The translations under genes were made by a program, and so were the position numbers. DNA of 46,185 bases from Candidatus Vogelbacteria bacterium (GTDB taxonomy: Bacteria; Patescibacteriota; Minisyncoccia; Phycocordibacterales; XYD1-FULL-46-19): NCBI GenBank assembly GCA_021414225.1, contig JAIOOX010000005.1, forward strand, positions 1 through 46,185, read 5' to 3'. Under the pieces are notes generated by a model. The model worked only from the letters and a program-made list of their open reading frames with translations, searched no databases and was not told the DNA's origin. Positions 1-9,317 of the stretch are shown piece by piece (within the stretch, counting starts at the first letter, position 1; every line of letters starts with the position of its first letter).

Positions 1-136
1 AACACTACGTTTTAGTTTGTAGATGTCGATGCGGAAAAGCATCGGTTAATTTTTAGAAGATTAAGGATGAATAATGGACTAATTTTACCATGAAAATGCT
101 CAATATTTTGGTGTTTTGAGAGGTGGAGATGGGGAT

Positions 137-180
137 AAAAATTACCCACTAAAAATTAATTTTTAGTGGGTAATTTTTTG
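137..180 (-). terminator. Intrinsic (bidirectional) terminator downstream of secA
   Basis: Perfect palindrome attacccactaaaaatt/aatttttagtgggtaat. An A-run lies on one side and a T-run on the other. It starts about 25 nt past the secA stop codon. Confidence 0.6.
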
Positions 181-204
181 ATAAGAAAACAACTTAAAAA
201 CTAC

Positions 205-2718
205 CTACTGACCATGGCATTTTTTGAACTTTTTTCCTGAACCACATGGACATAAGTCGTTTCGGCCAACGTTTTTATATTCACTATTATTTTGATTAGT
301 GGAATTAGTAGAAACTAAACTACCATCCACTTCCAACTCCTGATGAATTTCTTGCAGATTAGACACAGTTTCCACCTTCACCGGAGCTCCAATGTTGGGA
401 ATAATCCTAAAAATCTCACTGAAAATAGAAAATTCCAAACCTTTAAAGAGATTTAAACCTTCTCGCTTAAATTCTACTAACGGATCACGCTGACCATAAG
501 CCCGTAAGCGCACACTATTTTTCATATAGTCTATAGCCTCTAGGTGTTCAATCCAAAACATGTCAATAATCTGCAAGCAAGCAGCTCTAGTCGATGACAA
601 AAACTCTTCTTCTCCAAGTTGAACCTTTTTTTGCTCAAAAATAACCCAAAAGTTTTCAACCTCCTCTTCAGACCAGCCCATCAATTCACCCCCACGAGTT
701 AGAAAGGTTTTTATTTCAGCTTCACCGCCCAACAAGACTTCTCGCCGTCTGGTGTACATAGTAATTCTCTGGTGATTGATCACATCGTCATATTCCAGTA
801 AGTGTTTCCGAACATCGAAGTGCATTCCTTCAATCTTAGACTGAGCATTCTCAATCGCCCTTGAGACAATTCTGTTTTCAATCGGCTCATCCTCCGGTAT
901 ACCCAAACGATTCATCATGTTTTTAATCCGATCTGGAGCAAAAATACGCATCAAAGAGTCTTCAAGGGAAATATAAAATTGGGTCTCGCCAGGATCACCC
1001 TGACGCCCAGATCGGCCTCGCAGCTGATTATCAATTCGTCTTGCTTCGTGCCTTTCTGTTCCAATCACACAAATTCCCCCAAATGATTTTACATTTTCAT
1101 AATCAACAGTTGAAGCCAATGAACCACCCAACTTAATATCAATTCCGCGACCAGCCATGTTGGTAGCGACAGTTACTGCTCCTTTTTTACCAGCATCAGC
1201 AATAATCATTCCTTCTTGCTCGTGATTTTTGGCGTTAAGAATTTGATGACGAACCCCCTCTTTAGTTAAGTAGGCCGATAATAGTTCATTTTTTTCAATT
1301 GACACGGTACCAATCAACACCGGCTGGCCTTGGTCTTGTAATTCTTTTATCCTTTTTGATAAAGCTTTAAATTTACCTTTTTCAGTTTGAAAAATAAGAT
1401 CAGATTTATCAATACGAGCTGACGGCTTATTGGTTGGTATGGCAATTGTTTCTAAACCGTAAACCTTTAAAAATTCTTCGGAGGAAGTCAGGGCTGTTCC
1501 GGTCATACCCGCTAGTTTTTTATACAAGCGAAAATAATTTTGTAACGTAACAGTAGCATAAGTCCGAGATTCTTCTTTGATTTGCACCCCCTCTTTAGCT
1601 TCTACAGCTTGGTGCAAACCCTCAGACCAGCGACGACCTGGTTGCAGTCGCCCAGTAAATTCATCGACAATCACCACCTCATCATCTTTAACTACATAAT
1701 CACGATCTCGTTCATATAAAGCTTTAGCTCGAACAGCTGTTTCTAAGTGATGCACATACACCACTCCTTTGTCAGTGTAAATATTTTCCACCCCAAGCAA
1801 CCGTTCCGATTTCTCAATTCCAACATCGGTTAGGGTAATCGCTTTCATTTTTTCATCAACTGTATAATCAACTTCTGCCTGTAGTGAGTTGGCTATCTTA
1901 GAACAGGTATTATATAAATCAGTTGACCGACCAGCTGGCGCAGAGATAATTAAAGGAGTTCTAGACTCATCAATCAAAATAGAATCGACTTCATCCACAA
2001 TCGCGTAATTAAATAATCCATTAGCATCTGTACGTTGAGATATTTGATCAGCTCGTTGAGCAATGTTGTCACGTAAATAATCAAAACCGAATTCATTGTT
2101 GGTCCCATAAGTAATATCCGCTAAGTAAGCCTCTTGCCTAGAACAAGGTTTCAAGAATTCATAAACAACCTTGAAACCACCAAGCGCATCTCGCTCTTCA
2201 TCAGATTCTGATTTAACATGACTCGGATCATATAAATAAGCGGTCTGACTATTTATCACCCCAACAGATAGACCAAGAAAATTATATATTTGCCCCATCA
2301 AAACAGTATCTCGGCGAGCAAGGTAATCATTAACTGTCACAACATGCACTCCTTCACCAGATAAAGCATTCAAATAAACCGGTAACGTTGCCACCAAGGT
2401 TTTGCCTTCACCGGTTTTCATTTCCGCAATTCCGCTTTTGTGTAAAAAAAATCCACCCATCAATTGGACGTCAAAATGACGTTGATTTAGGGTTCGTCTG
2501 GCCACCTCTCTTACTACAGCAAAAGCTTCAGCGCTAATATCGTCCAGTTTTTTACCTTCTGTTAGGAGGTTTTTAAAATAAGGCGTTTTAGCCTTCAGTT
2601 CCTCATCAGACAAGCTTTGAATATCAGCCTCCAAAGCATTAACCATGTCCACAAAAGGGCCCAGGGCTTTAACTTTTTGACTATTACCATCGCCAAAGAT
2701 TTTGGTTATAAACGACAT
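205..2718 (-). CDS. secA: Preprotein translocase ATPase SecA
   Basis: 837-aa ORF. Walker A 'MKTGEGKTLVATLP'. DEAD-like 'DEVDSILIDE'. 'GRSGRQGDPG' motor motif. C-terminal zinc-binding tail 'CPCGSGKKFKKCHG'. Confidence 0.97.
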   Translation of the reverse strand: MSFITKIFGDGNSQKVKALGPFVDMVNALEADIQSLSDEELKAKTPYFKNLLTEGKKLDDISAEAFAVVREVARRTLNQRHFDVQLMGGFFLHKSGIAEMKTGEGKTLVATLPVYLNALSGEGVHVVTVNDYLARRDTVLMGQIYNFLGLSVGVINSQTAYLYDPSHVKSESDEERDALGGFKVVYEFLKPCSRQEAYLADITYGTNNEFGFDYLRDNIAQRADQISQRTDANGLFNYAIVDEVDSILIDESRTPLIISAPAGRSTDLYNTCSKIANSLQAEVDYTVDEKMKAITLTDVGIEKSERLLGVENIYTDKGVVYVHHLETAVRAKALYERDRDYVVKDDEVVIVDEFTGRLQPGRRWSEGLHQAVEAKEGVQIKEESRTYATVTLQNYFRLYKKLAGMTGTALTSSEEFLKVYGLETIAIPTNKPSARIDKSDLIFQTEKGKFKALSKRIKELQDQGQPVLIGTVSIEKNELLSAYLTKEGVRHQILNAKNHEQEGMIIADAGKKGAVTVATNMAGRGIDIKLGGSLASTVDYENVKSFGGICVIGTERHEARRIDNQLRGRSGRQGDPGETQFYISLEDSLMRIFAPDRIKNMMNRLGIPEDEPIENRIVSRAIENAQSKIEGMHFDVRKHLLEYDDVINHQRITMYTRRREVLLGGEAEIKTFLTRGGELMGWSEEEVENFWVIFEQKKVQLGEEEFLSSTRAACLQIIDMFWIEHLEAIDYMKNSVRLRAYGQRDPLVEFKREGLNLFKGLEFSIFSEIFRIIPNIGAPVKVETVSNLQEIHQELEVDGSLVSTNSTNQNNSEYKNVGRNDLCPCGSGKKFKKCHGQ

Positions 2719-2738
2719 TTAGGCATTCTAGCATAAAC

Positions 2739-2780
2739 AAAAAAATCCCCCAATTGGCTTACGCCAGGAGGATTTTTTTG
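2739..2780 (-). terminator. Bidirectional intrinsic terminator between the lysine-rich micro-ORF and secA
   Basis: Hairpin atccccc-aa-tggc/ttac/gcca-ggaggat. It is flanked by A7 upstream and T7 downstream, so it gives a T-run on both strands. Confidence 0.55.
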
Positions 2781-2793
2781 TAACTAATTACGA

Positions 2794-2895
2794 TTACGCT
2801 CGTTTTTTAGTTGTCTTCTTCTTAGCAACCTTCTTTACTGCTTTCTTAACAGTCTTCTTTACTGCTTTCTTAGCAGTTTTCTTTTTTGCAGCCAT
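2794..2895 (-). CDS. 33-aa lysine/alanine-rich basic micro-protein (histone-H1-like or ribosome-associated tail-like)
   Basis: Hand-translated: MAAKKKTAKKAVKKTVKKAVKKVAKKKTTKKRA, with an ATG start and TAA stop. The terminator hairpin follows directly. The ORF is below the size cutoff of the ORF track, and no SD was checked beyond the AT-rich leader. Confidence 0.4.
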   Translation of the reverse strand: MAAKKKTAKKAVKKTVKKAVKKVAKKKTTKKRA

Positions 2896-3187
2896 TGTAG
2901 TGATGAAAAAGTTATTTTTAAATAGTCTGGCGATAACACCGACCTTTTGTATAACAACTAAATGAAATACAAAAAATATTTTCTGTTATCACAGCTTGAT
3001 ACTATTATCTCTTGAAAAAAAACTTACTACAATATTTTTTTACAAAAAGTTGTGGATAACAAAATAAAAAAAATATTTTTTATTTTATTTTTTTAAAAAA
3101 TTTTAAATAGTAATATAAAATATATAAAATAATTTTTGTCATTTTAAAATTTATTTGCTAATTCTTTGAAAAAATTTCTATTAAAAT

Positions 3188-3445
3188 AAAAATCACATCA
3201 ACTAATTCTAGTTAATGTGATTTTTATTTTGACTCCATCCAGGTATGACTAGCGGAAGCAAAACTCCAAAGGCTAAATGTCTTAATGTGAGTGCTGCCGC
3301 TAGTCATACCTAGCTGCAGACTCATACAGTATAGCAAATCAATTATCACCAGAAAACACCAAACCCGCCAGAGGCGGGTTTGGTGAAGACATTTAGTTGG
3401 AGATTTGAGGGGTCATTTAATAACAACCCCTAAGCACTCACACCA
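3188..3445 (-). ncRNA. Candidate structured non-coding RNA locus (identity unknown). Either one ~255-nt RNA or a ~90-nt sRNA plus a downstream hairpin RNA.
   Basis: There is no ORF >30 codons. A near-consensus promoter lies just upstream (3449-3476). 13-bp hairpin 3357-3369/3373-3385 followed by UGUUUUC. 15-bp perfect stem 3241-3255/3297-3311 closing a 41-nt loop. Hairpin 3408-3413/3426-3431. Terminal hairpin 3191-3202/3211-3222 followed by a T-run. Two blocks in the 41-nt loop are complementary to blocks in the 5' part. Confidence 0.4.
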
Positions 3446-3448
3446 TCT

Positions 3449-3476
3449 ATTATAGCAGATCTAGACTAAAAGTCAA
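3449..3476 (-). promoter_or_regulatory. Sigma70-type promoter: TTGACT-N16-TATAAT
   Basis: On the minus strand, TTGACT (3471-3476) and TATAAT (3449-3454) are separated by 16 nt. It lies immediately 3' of the stop of the 3480..5729 gene and faces the ORF-free region. Confidence 0.5.
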
Positions 3477-3479
3477 CAA

Positions 3480-5729
3480 CTACTGCACAATAACTGTTCC
3501 TGATTTGATTTGATTCATGGCCTGATTTATATTGTCTTTCAAATTAGGAAATAATCTTAATGCTTCCTCTAAAACAATTAGGGCTTTATCTTTTTGCTTG
3601 TTTGCATACAAACTAACAGCTAGTGATATGTAATTTTGAATATCAGTTGGATTACTTTCTAACTTGGACTGCCACAAACTAACTAGTTTAGAATAATCAT
3701 TTCTTTCAGCGTAATAGTTTATTTGCTCGTTAATACTTAAACTATCAATCGATATTTCTTTTTTTAATTCACTAGCTAAAGTGGTATCCCCAGACAAAGT
3801 AGCCATACTAGCGTAAAGCATACGCGCTTCAAGATAGGACTCATCTAGTTGAAACGCATATTTAGCATCTTCTAGAGCTTTGGGGTAGTTTTTTATAGAC
3901 GCCTGAACCCTTGCTCGCATCATAAAAACCACTTGTTTTTTGGGAGCGAGAGTAGCCGCTTGATCCAATAACTCCAAAGCTTGTTTAGATTGACCAAACT
4001 GTCCCAAAAAACTAGCTAAGACCAAACGAGAACGTACATCATCTGGGTACTTTTTAAAATGTTGCTCATATTGTTCCAATAGTAAGTTAACGTAATCCTG
4101 TTTTAGTCGCGCCTCGACCTTCTGATCAGCCAAGACATTTCCAGCAGCCCTAACAATATTCTCTTTAATTTCTACATCTCCATAAGTTGCAACCGCTAAA
4201 GCTTTTTTAAATTTAGTTAGACCTGACTCAAAGTCTTGATTAGCCACACTTTGTATTGCGCCAATTAAAGACAAGTTGGCATACAAGGGTTTGATATTGA
4301 CCGTATACATAAAAACCAAAACCAAAAAGATCGAGACTACCCCACCCAGAATTCCTAATGAGTTGTTTTTTGGCGATAATTGTTGAGTGTTTTTATCACT
4401 AACATATAGAACATGGACATAGGCCAACAAAGTCACGAACCACAAGTAACTGGTCAGGTTATCAAAAATAACCAGGTTCTGAAATATATACCCAGCAATA
4501 ATAGCTCCCAGTATTACCTTTTGGTTATTTGATAAATACTTTCCAGGGACCTTGATCAAACACCAAACCCAAGCCCCTAATAGATATAGGTAAGATAGCA
4601 AGCCTAATAAACCGCCAGCAATTAACCAATCAAGGATCGTATTATGTGTTCGATCAAACCAAGGCTCTTGATTGTACATACTTGGATCATAATATTTGCC
4701 AAACACGGAAATAAAGTTCTCTTGACCCCAACCAAGAATTGGCCTCTCTTTAAATCCTGGCCAAACTATATTTCTCCAAATAGTTAATCTGGATTCAATG
4801 GTTTTATCTTGTAAGTTAAACGACGAAGCGGCTCGAGCTAAAGTTGGTCGATCAAGAACAAATTGTGAATCTTTAAATGACCATAGAAGCAAGAAAGCTA
4901 CAAACAAAACTGCCAACCCGGAAACCAAAATCAACCTTATTTTTTTAGCCTGACCGCCACCACGATTAATAGCCAACAACCCGACAATAATTAATGTAAT
5001 AGTAACAATTAATCCCAAAAGCGCCCCCCTGGTACCAGTTAAATACACCAAAAAAGCAAACAAGCCAGAAGTTAGACCATAAATCAAATAATGACTACTC
5101 GGCCTTGAATCATGTAATTCTTTCTTACCTAAAAATATAAAAGTGGCTACACCAAAAGCAAAAAACATATAAGTAGCAAAGTAAGAGGCATTTCCAAATG
5201 GCCCATCAATACGTCCTCCACCTTGTTGAATTGCTAACCAACCAATTTTTTGAATAAGACCATAGACCGCCACCACTCCAGCCACCCCCAAGTTAATCCA
5301 GAAAAATTTATTCCAGTGTTTTTCTGTCTTAAACAGACTAATTAGTATAAAAAAATAAGCAGCCAGATGAAGTAAGGTAATCAAACCTTCCATCCTTTCA
5401 AAGTTACTGAAAATACTTCTCGTTGGATTAACCCCCGCAAAATCAGCTATCGTAATTATAATAGTAAAGACCAGGCCACTTATAGTAATCCAAGACCAGG
5501 CAGATCTGTATTTTTTATCCAAAAAACCCAAAGCCAAAACCAGCACCAAAATAACGTCAATCAAAATACGGAAAAAAAATGTTTTTGCACTAATATAGGG
5601 AAAGAAGAATAGGGCTACAATTGGAGAAAATGGTGGCAATGGGGCAATTAATACTGTAATCGGTACAATAAAGGCTAAAATGACAGCTATTTTTTCGATT
5701 AAGTTTATCCCTTTGTTTGATATTATCAT
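3480..5729 (-). CDS. O-antigen ligase (Wzy_C)-like polytopic membrane protein with a C-terminal TPR domain
   Basis: 749 aa with about 12 predicted hydrophobic helices. It has the 'LTGTRGALLGLIV' motif typical of O-antigen ligase/WaaL-like proteins. The C-terminal ~270 aa are helical repeats (TPR-like, 'ALELLDQAATLAPKK...KALEDAKYAFQLD'). Confidence 0.6.
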   Translation of the reverse strand: MIISNKGINLIEKIAVILAFIVPITVLIAPLPPFSPIVALFFFPYISAKTFFFRILIDVILVLVLALGFLDKKYRSAWSWITISGLVFTIIITIADFAGVNPTRSIFSNFERMEGLITLLHLAAYFFILISLFKTEKHWNKFFWINLGVAGVVAVYGLIQKIGWLAIQQGGGRIDGPFGNASYFATYMFFAFGVATFIFLGKKELHDSRPSSHYLIYGLTSGLFAFLVYLTGTRGALLGLIVTITLIIVGLLAINRGGGQAKKIRLILVSGLAVLFVAFLLLWSFKDSQFVLDRPTLARAASSFNLQDKTIESRLTIWRNIVWPGFKERPILGWGQENFISVFGKYYDPSMYNQEPWFDRTHNTILDWLIAGGLLGLLSYLYLLGAWVWCLIKVPGKYLSNNQKVILGAIIAGYIFQNLVIFDNLTSYLWFVTLLAYVHVLYVSDKNTQQLSPKNNSLGILGGVVSIFLVLVFMYTVNIKPLYANLSLIGAIQSVANQDFESGLTKFKKALAVATYGDVEIKENIVRAAGNVLADQKVEARLKQDYVNLLLEQYEQHFKKYPDDVRSRLVLASFLGQFGQSKQALELLDQAATLAPKKQVVFMMRARVQASIKNYPKALEDAKYAFQLDESYLEARMLYASMATLSGDTTLASELKKEISIDSLSINEQINYYAERNDYSKLVSLWQSKLESNPTDIQNYISLAVSLYANKQKDKALIVLEEALRLFPNLKDNINQAMNQIKSGTVIVQ

Positions 5730-5785
5730 ATGGTTAAAACTATAACAGAATCTAATCTAGAATGAAATTAAGGGCTATTCTTATT

Positions 5786-5794
5786 TGTTATAAT
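5786..5794 (+). promoter_or_regulatory. Extended -10 element TGTTATAAT upstream of the flippase gene
   Basis: TGn-TATAAT at 5786-5794, 27 nt before the ATG at 5821. No clear -35 or SD. Confidence 0.3.
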
Positions 5795-5820
5795 ACTAAG
5801 ACTAGGCTACTATTTAAGAC

Positions 5821-7110
5821 ATGTTAAATCACTTGAAGTCAAATTTCATCAAACCCCTAAACACCCTTGAGTCCTACCTTAAAACCGATGTCCGCTACCT
5901 AGCTAAGGGCGGTTTTTGGTTAACTCTTGGTAGTGTAGCTTCCGCCTTTATCTCATTTCTATCGGCCGTGGCTTTTGCCAACTTAATACCAAAAGAAACC
6001 TACGGAACTTATCAATATATTTTATCGGTCAGTAGCATTCTAGCTATTCCTACGCTGGCCGGGATAAACACCGCTGTGACCCAATCAACCGCTAGAGGTT
6101 ACGACAAAACAATCCTAGTTGGTTTAAAAAAGAGAATTCAGTGGGGAATCTGGTCTCTTTTATTAGCTAGTGGTTTAGCAATTTATTACTGGTTTAATTC
6201 TAACAACATATTAGCTATTTGTTTTTTAATTGTCGGACTCTTTATTCCATTATCAGAAACCTTAGGAATATACGTTCCCTATCTACAAGGTAAAAAAAAT
6301 TTCAAAACCTTAAGTTTATATGAACTAGGCGCCCAATCTATATCAGTTGGACTTTTAATATTTTGTATTTGGTTAAACCAAAACCTGCTAATTATTCTGA
6401 CCACTTTTTTCCTTTCTTGGTTATTAGCTAGATTGTTTTTTCTAACATTAACTTTAAAAAAATTTCCCCCAGTCACAGAATCAGACCCTGGAGCAATTTC
6501 TTATGGAAAACATCTAACTGCCATGACTATTCTTAACACTGTTAGTTCTAGTATTGATAAAATAATCCTGTGGAAAGTATTGGGCCCCATCCAAGTTGCG
6601 ATCTACACTTTTTCTTTAACAATTCCCCTAAAAGCGGCCAGTTTTGTTAAAATTATAAATCGTTTAGCTTTTCCTAAATTAGCCACCAATGATTTAAAAA
6701 CAATCCAAAAAACGTTACTACCTAAAATTTTATATTTAATCCTTCCAATCACCCTGGTTACCATAACTTACATTATATTTACCCCTTTAATCTTCAGTTT
6801 CTTTTTTCCTAAATATCTAGAAGCCGTCTTCTACGCCCAAGTAGCTGGACTGTTAATCATCTTCCAACCTTTTGCTCTAATTTCTTCTGCCCTGACCGCT
6901 CAAGCCAAGAAAAAAGAATTATATATCTACAACACAGCCTCCCCTATTATAAAAATAGTTTTGTTTCTATTACTAATACCTCCCTTTCAAATAATTGGAG
7001 CGATCATGGCTTTAGTTGGGTCAAAAATAATAGACACCATTATTTTAATTTTTTTACTAAAATCACCCACCTGGTTTAGTCAATCAAATAGAGAAAAGAT
7101 CTCTCAGTAG
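5821..7110 (+). CDS. Polysaccharide/oligosaccharide flippase (Wzx-like, MOP superfamily)
   Basis: 429 aa, hydrophobic throughout with multiple TM helices. The N-terminal 'LAKGGFWLTLGSVASAFISFL' pattern resembles Polysacc_synt family proteins. It sits inside the glycan locus. Confidence 0.6.
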   Translation: MLNHLKSNFIKPLNTLESYLKTDVRYLAKGGFWLTLGSVASAFISFLSAVAFANLIPKETYGTYQYILSVSSILAIPTLAGINTAVTQSTARGYDKTILVGLKKRIQWGIWSLLLASGLAIYYWFNSNNILAICFLIVGLFIPLSETLGIYVPYLQGKKNFKTLSLYELGAQSISVGLLIFCIWLNQNLLIILTTFFLSWLLARLFFLTLTLKKFPPVTESDPGAISYGKHLTAMTILNTVSSSIDKIILWKVLGPIQVAIYTFSLTIPLKAASFVKIINRLAFPKLATNDLKTIQKTLLPKILYLILPITLVTITYIIFTPLIFSFFFPKYLEAVFYAQVAGLLIIFQPFALISSALTAQAKKKELYIYNTASPIIKIVLFLLLIPPFQIIGAIMALVGSKIIDTIILIFLLKSPTWFSQSNREKISQ

Positions 7111-8223
7111 ATCATCAGCCACCTCAACCACCTCCTCAGCTGTTATTGACTCAATCTGCCGACGAGCCTCTTTGGGATCAAAAGAACGAGCATCCATGAT
7201 AAATAACTCCGCCTTATCTCTCTCGGGAAGAACCAATTTATGTTTTTTGCCAACTGGCGGCTGAACCCTCTCATCAACTGGACCAATAATATCAATAGTT
7301 GGAACACCAAAAGCTTCGGCTATATAAATAGGACCAGTGTCGACTGATATAAATAGCTGTAATTTAGATATAAAACATTTAAGCTCCTCTAAGCTAAAGT
7401 GTCCGGCCACGTTAAAGATTTTAGTTTTTTCACCTTCGACAAATGAACATACTTCTATTGCATCCCCTAAGTCATCCTGACTCCCTATGACAAAGATCTT
7501 AACTCTATCTTTTTTAACTAAATGCTCAGCCACTTTGGCAAACTTGGCGCTACTCCATTTTTTTACTTTATTACCAGCTGACGGTGAAATGCCAACTAAA
7601 ATATCATCCGAAGTTACACCAATACCAGCAAAAAATTCAGCCATCTTGTAGTTGGCTTCTTTTGAGTAAAATAGAGTTTTTTTAGTATCATCGGAAAAAA
7701 CATTAATAACTTCTAATAATCTCAAATATTCTCTTGGAGCATAACCATAAAAATCATGGGTTTTAGTTTTAATAAATAGACAAAGAAGTTTATACCAAAT
7801 CGTCTCATAAGGACTGTTATTATTTATAACTCTTGGAGCAGTAATTAGATCGACGTTCCCCAATAATAATGCTGCCAAACCAAAAAAATCGGGCCCGACA
7901 ATACAACCAAAATCAATCTTTCTAGTCCTTAAAAAGGTAACCAAATTTAACAATCCACTAAAAACAACATACTCATCAACATCTGAATGACCAGTCAATA
8001 AATATTGATTTACCTTGTTTCCAACTACAATAACCTTGGCTTGTGGATATTTTAACTTAACCGCTTTAAACATTGGAGTAGTACAAACCATATCACCCAA
8101 TTTTGCCTGTTGAATAAAGACAACTGTCTTGATACCAGGACTATTTGAAGAAAACCAAGAAACCCTAAACAACCTATAAACCAAGATCCCCAACAATAAT
8201 CCTGTATTTTTAAGCCAAGTCAT
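7084..8223 (-). CDS. Glycosyltransferase family 9 (heptosyltransferase-like)
   Basis: 'KLGDMVCTTPMFKAVKLKYPQAKVIVVG' and 'VDTGPIYIAEAFGVPTIDIIGP' match the two conserved GT9 blocks. Confidence 0.7.
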   Translation of the reverse strand: MTWLKNTGLLLGILVYRLFRVSWFSSNSPGIKTVVFIQQAKLGDMVCTTPMFKAVKLKYPQAKVIVVGNKVNQYLLTGHSDVDEYVVFSGLLNLVTFLRTRKIDFGCIVGPDFFGLAALLLGNVDLITAPRVINNNSPYETIWYKLLCLFIKTKTHDFYGYAPREYLRLLEVINVFSDDTKKTLFYSKEANYKMAEFFAGIGVTSDDILVGISPSAGNKVKKWSSAKFAKVAEHLVKKDRVKIFVIGSQDDLGDAIEVCSFVEGEKTKIFNVAGHFSLEELKCFISKLQLFISVDTGPIYIAEAFGVPTIDIIGPVDERVQPPVGKKHKLVLPERDKAELFIMDARSFDPKEARRQIESITAEEVVEVADDLLRDLFSI

Positions 8224-9310
8224 TGTTAATAAAATTAATTATTTTATCCACCCGAGCCTTCCAAGAGTAGGTTCTAGATTTTTTAAAAGACTGATTGGCA
8301 ATACTTTCAGCCAGCTTCTGATTACTTAAGACTAGTTTAATCCCTCTCGCCAAATCCAGACTATCAGACGGCTCAACCAAAACAGAAGAATCTTCATCTA
8401 AAACCTCTCTAATAGAAGGTAGATCAGAAGCAACAATCGGTCGACCAGCGGCCATATACTCAAATAGTTTCATTGGGGAGGTACAGATACGAGATACTTC
8501 CTCTCGGTCTGAATTTGGCAATACCAAGACATCAGCCGCTTTAAGATAAACCGGTATTTCCTGGTGTTCTTTATGGCCGAGCATTTTGAAATTGTCAGTC
8601 TCAGGATGAACCACCTGAAACTCCTTGACCCAGCTATCACGACCACCAATTATCACAAATAAATAATCGTTACTAAATTCTTTAGCACTTTGATATAAAA
8701 TATCAATCCCTTTCCAAGAAAAAACACTTCCTGTATACATTATTATTTTTCTTTCCACCTGTAATCCTGTCTTTAGCCTAGCCTCTTCTACTGTTAAATC
8801 AAGATTAAATTTGTCAAAATCAACAGCATCAGGTGCTACTAATATTTTTTTAGCCAAACATTTATTTTTATTAACCAAGACATTCTTCATCCCCTCGGTG
8901 ATTGAAATAATAAAATCAGACTTATTTAAGATGACTCGGTACCAAAGTTTGGTCAAATACTCAAGATAATGAATCTCGTAACAAAATTTAACACCAGTCC
9001 TAAACCACCAGTTAAAGATAATCATGAAAAACAAAAGCTTCTCTTCCCGACAAAATACATGAGTAAACTTATTTTTTTTTATATACCGTAGATAAGCTTT
9101 AGCCAAAAAAAAGCTTCTCAGATCTGATTCCATGATAACCATTTGACCATCAAATTCTTTTTCTGATTTAGATTGGCCAATACCTAAGTAAAAATCTTTA
9201 CCAAGCCTTTGGTTAAATATCTCCGCCATACTTAAAATCTGAATTCGATTAGCTAGCGGTGATGGCAAAGTTATCGATGTTGCATATAAAAGTTTCATAG
9301 GCTTAAACAA
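8210..9310 (-). CDS. Glycosyltransferase, GT4-type (GT-B fold)
   Basis: C-terminal Glycos_transf_1-like block 'SPMKLFEYMAAGRPIVASDLPS' (E-x7-E region). The stop overlaps the start of the downstream gene. Confidence 0.7.
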   Translation of the reverse strand: MFKPMKLLYATSITLPSPLANRIQILSMAEIFNQRLGKDFYLGIGQSKSEKEFDGQMVIMESDLRSFFLAKAYLRYIKKNKFTHVFCREEKLLFFMIIFNWWFRTGVKFCYEIHYLEYLTKLWYRVILNKSDFIISITEGMKNVLVNKNKCLAKKILVAPDAVDFDKFNLDLTVEEARLKTGLQVERKIIMYTGSVFSWKGIDILYQSAKEFSNDYLFVIIGGRDSWVKEFQVVHPETDNFKMLGHKEHQEIPVYLKAADVLVLPNSDREEVSRICTSPMKLFEYMAAGRPIVASDLPSIREVLDEDSSVLVEPSDSLDLARGIKLVLSNQKLAESIANQSFKKSRTYSWKARVDKIINFINNDLA

Positions 9311-9317
9311 GAATATT

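Noticed and set aside
3188-3445. Assigning the structured RNA to SRP RNA, tmRNA, RNase P RNA or 6S RNA
   Set aside because: I found none of the diagnostic signatures. There is no GGAA-tetraloop/AGCA domain-IV arrangement and no GGGG...UUCGA 5' end. There is no tRNA-like CCA-proximal T-arm or tag ORF, and no GAGGAAAGUCC P4 sequence. The 'GGAAGCA' at 3254-3260 lacks the SRP partner strand. Identity is left open.
6279-6476. 65-aa minus-strand ORF inside the flippase gene
   Set aside because: It lies fully antisense to a long, well-supported membrane-protein CDS. Its lysine/asparagine-rich composition is typical of shadow frames in AT-rich DNA.
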